Under the pieces are notes generated by a model, which was not told the DNA's origin, searched no databases, and saw only the letters and a program-made list of their open reading frames with translations. A stretch of 62,999 bases of DNA, filler included, from Octopus bimaculoides (taxonomy: Eukaryota), in the NCBI RefSeq assembly GCF_001194135.2. It is 4 parts of 4 records of this genome, joined end to end, with 100 filler letters (N's around TTAATTAATTAA, not from the genome) between each part and the next. Parts side by side here need not be neighbours in the genome. Positions count along the whole stretch, not along the records: positions 56,333 to 62,999 come from NW_026383587.1; 3 more parts are not named here. The stretch is one strand, 5' to 3'. Below, one piece after another: positions 61,903 to 62,999 of the stretch. The number at the start of each line of letters is the position of its first letter. Position 1 is the stretch's first letter. Position numbers and translations under genes: made by a program.

Positions 61903-61905
<3 letters not shown>
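61660..61905. repeat. 246-bp imperfect foldback
   Basis: 61660-61774 pairs with 61793-61905 (for example TTACAAGGATGGTT / AACCATCCTTGTAA). Confidence 0.8.
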
Positions 61906-61934
<29 letters not shown>

Positions 61935-62512
61935 TTCGAAACGTCTAGATAGAATAGAGACAGCTGATGAAGGGATATTCCAAGGGGCTTTCCGTTTTCC
62001 TATGTGTTCGTTCCGTTGTCTGTAGTTTATTGTTCTAACGTCCTGTACCCTGATATGCATGTATATACACATGTAGATGTAAGTATGTACATATATGTGT
62101 GTATACATGTATATATATTCTTTGTATTATATATANNNNNNNNNNNNNNNNNNNNNNNNNNNNNNNNNNNNNNNNNNNNNNNNNNNNNNNNNNNNNNNNN
62201 NNNNNNNNNNNNNNNNNNNNNNNNNNNNNNNNNNNNNNNNNNNNNNNNNNNNNNNNNNNNNNNNNNNNNNNNNNNNNNNNNNNNNNNNNNNNNNNNNNNN
62301 NNNNNNNNNNNNNNNNNNNNNNNNNNNNNNNNNNNNNNNNNNNNNNNNNNNNNNNNNNNNNNNNNNNNNNNNNNNNNNNNNNNNNNNNNNNNNNNNNNNN
62401 NNNNNNNNNNNNNNNNNNNNNNNNNNNNNNNNNNNNNNNNNNNNNNNNNNNNNNNNNNNNNNNNNNNNNNNNNNNNNNNNNNNNNNNNNNNNNNNNNNNN
62501 NNNNNNNNNNNN

Positions 62513-62895
62513 CTTACCAACCACATGGTCCCGGGTTCAGTCCCACTGCGTGGCACCTTGGGCAAGTGTCTTCTACTATAGCCTCGGGCCGACCAAAGCC
62601 TTGTGAGTGGATTTGGTAGACGGAAACTGAAAGAAGCCCGTCGTATATATGTATATATATATATGTATGTGTGATTGTGTTTGTGTGTCTGTGTTTGTCC
62701 CCCCAACATCGTTTGACAACCTATGGTGGTGTGTTTAAGTCCCCGTAACTTAGCGGTTCGGCAAAAGAGACCGATAGAATAAGTACTAGGCTTCTAAAGA
62801 ATAAGTCCTGGGGTCGATTTGCTCGACTAAAGGTGGTGCTCCAGCATCGCCACAGTCAAAAGACTGAAACAAGTAGAAGAGTAAAAGAGTAAAAG
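62513..62895 (+). mobile_element. SINE family A (head starts in the gap)
   Basis: Near-consensus copy with a GTAAAAGA tail. Confidence 0.88.
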
Positions 62896-62999
62896 AATTT
62901 TGAACATATTTTACTCCCTATTTTGAACACTTTTATGTAAACTGCTTAAACACAAAGACTCACTTAACATTTTCTTATTGTCAAAGACTTGATCACTGT

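Overview
AT-rich, repeat-dense animal genomic DNA with many N gaps. The SINE and RTE families look octopus-like to me (inference). Three identical 100-bp spacers (44N-TTAATTAATTAA-44N at 28153, 41138 and 56233) show that the window is four joined pieces. Two spliced + strand genes can be assembled from GT-AG exons with consistent phases. (1) The last five coding exons of an SLC7 (LAT-type) amino-acid transporter, 2668-24587, with unusual residues at substrate-pocket positions. (2) Two exons of an AA15 lytic polysaccharide monooxygenase, 52269-55841, ending in a GPI-anchor-like tail; its signal peptide/His1 exon is not visible. The rest is transposon debris: many RTE LINE copies (one family with a PHD finger inside the RT region), R4/Dong, Tx1-like and Penelope-like fragments, three tRNA-derived SINE families, Chapaev3-like and Tc1/mariner relics, GG-terminated foldback MITEs with 8-bp TSDs, and microsatellites. 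A minimal hammerhead-ribozyme motif lies on the - strand just downstream of the SLC7 stop. Repeat boundaries are approximate; exon boundaries were read base by base. Family assignments come from motif recognition, not database searches.
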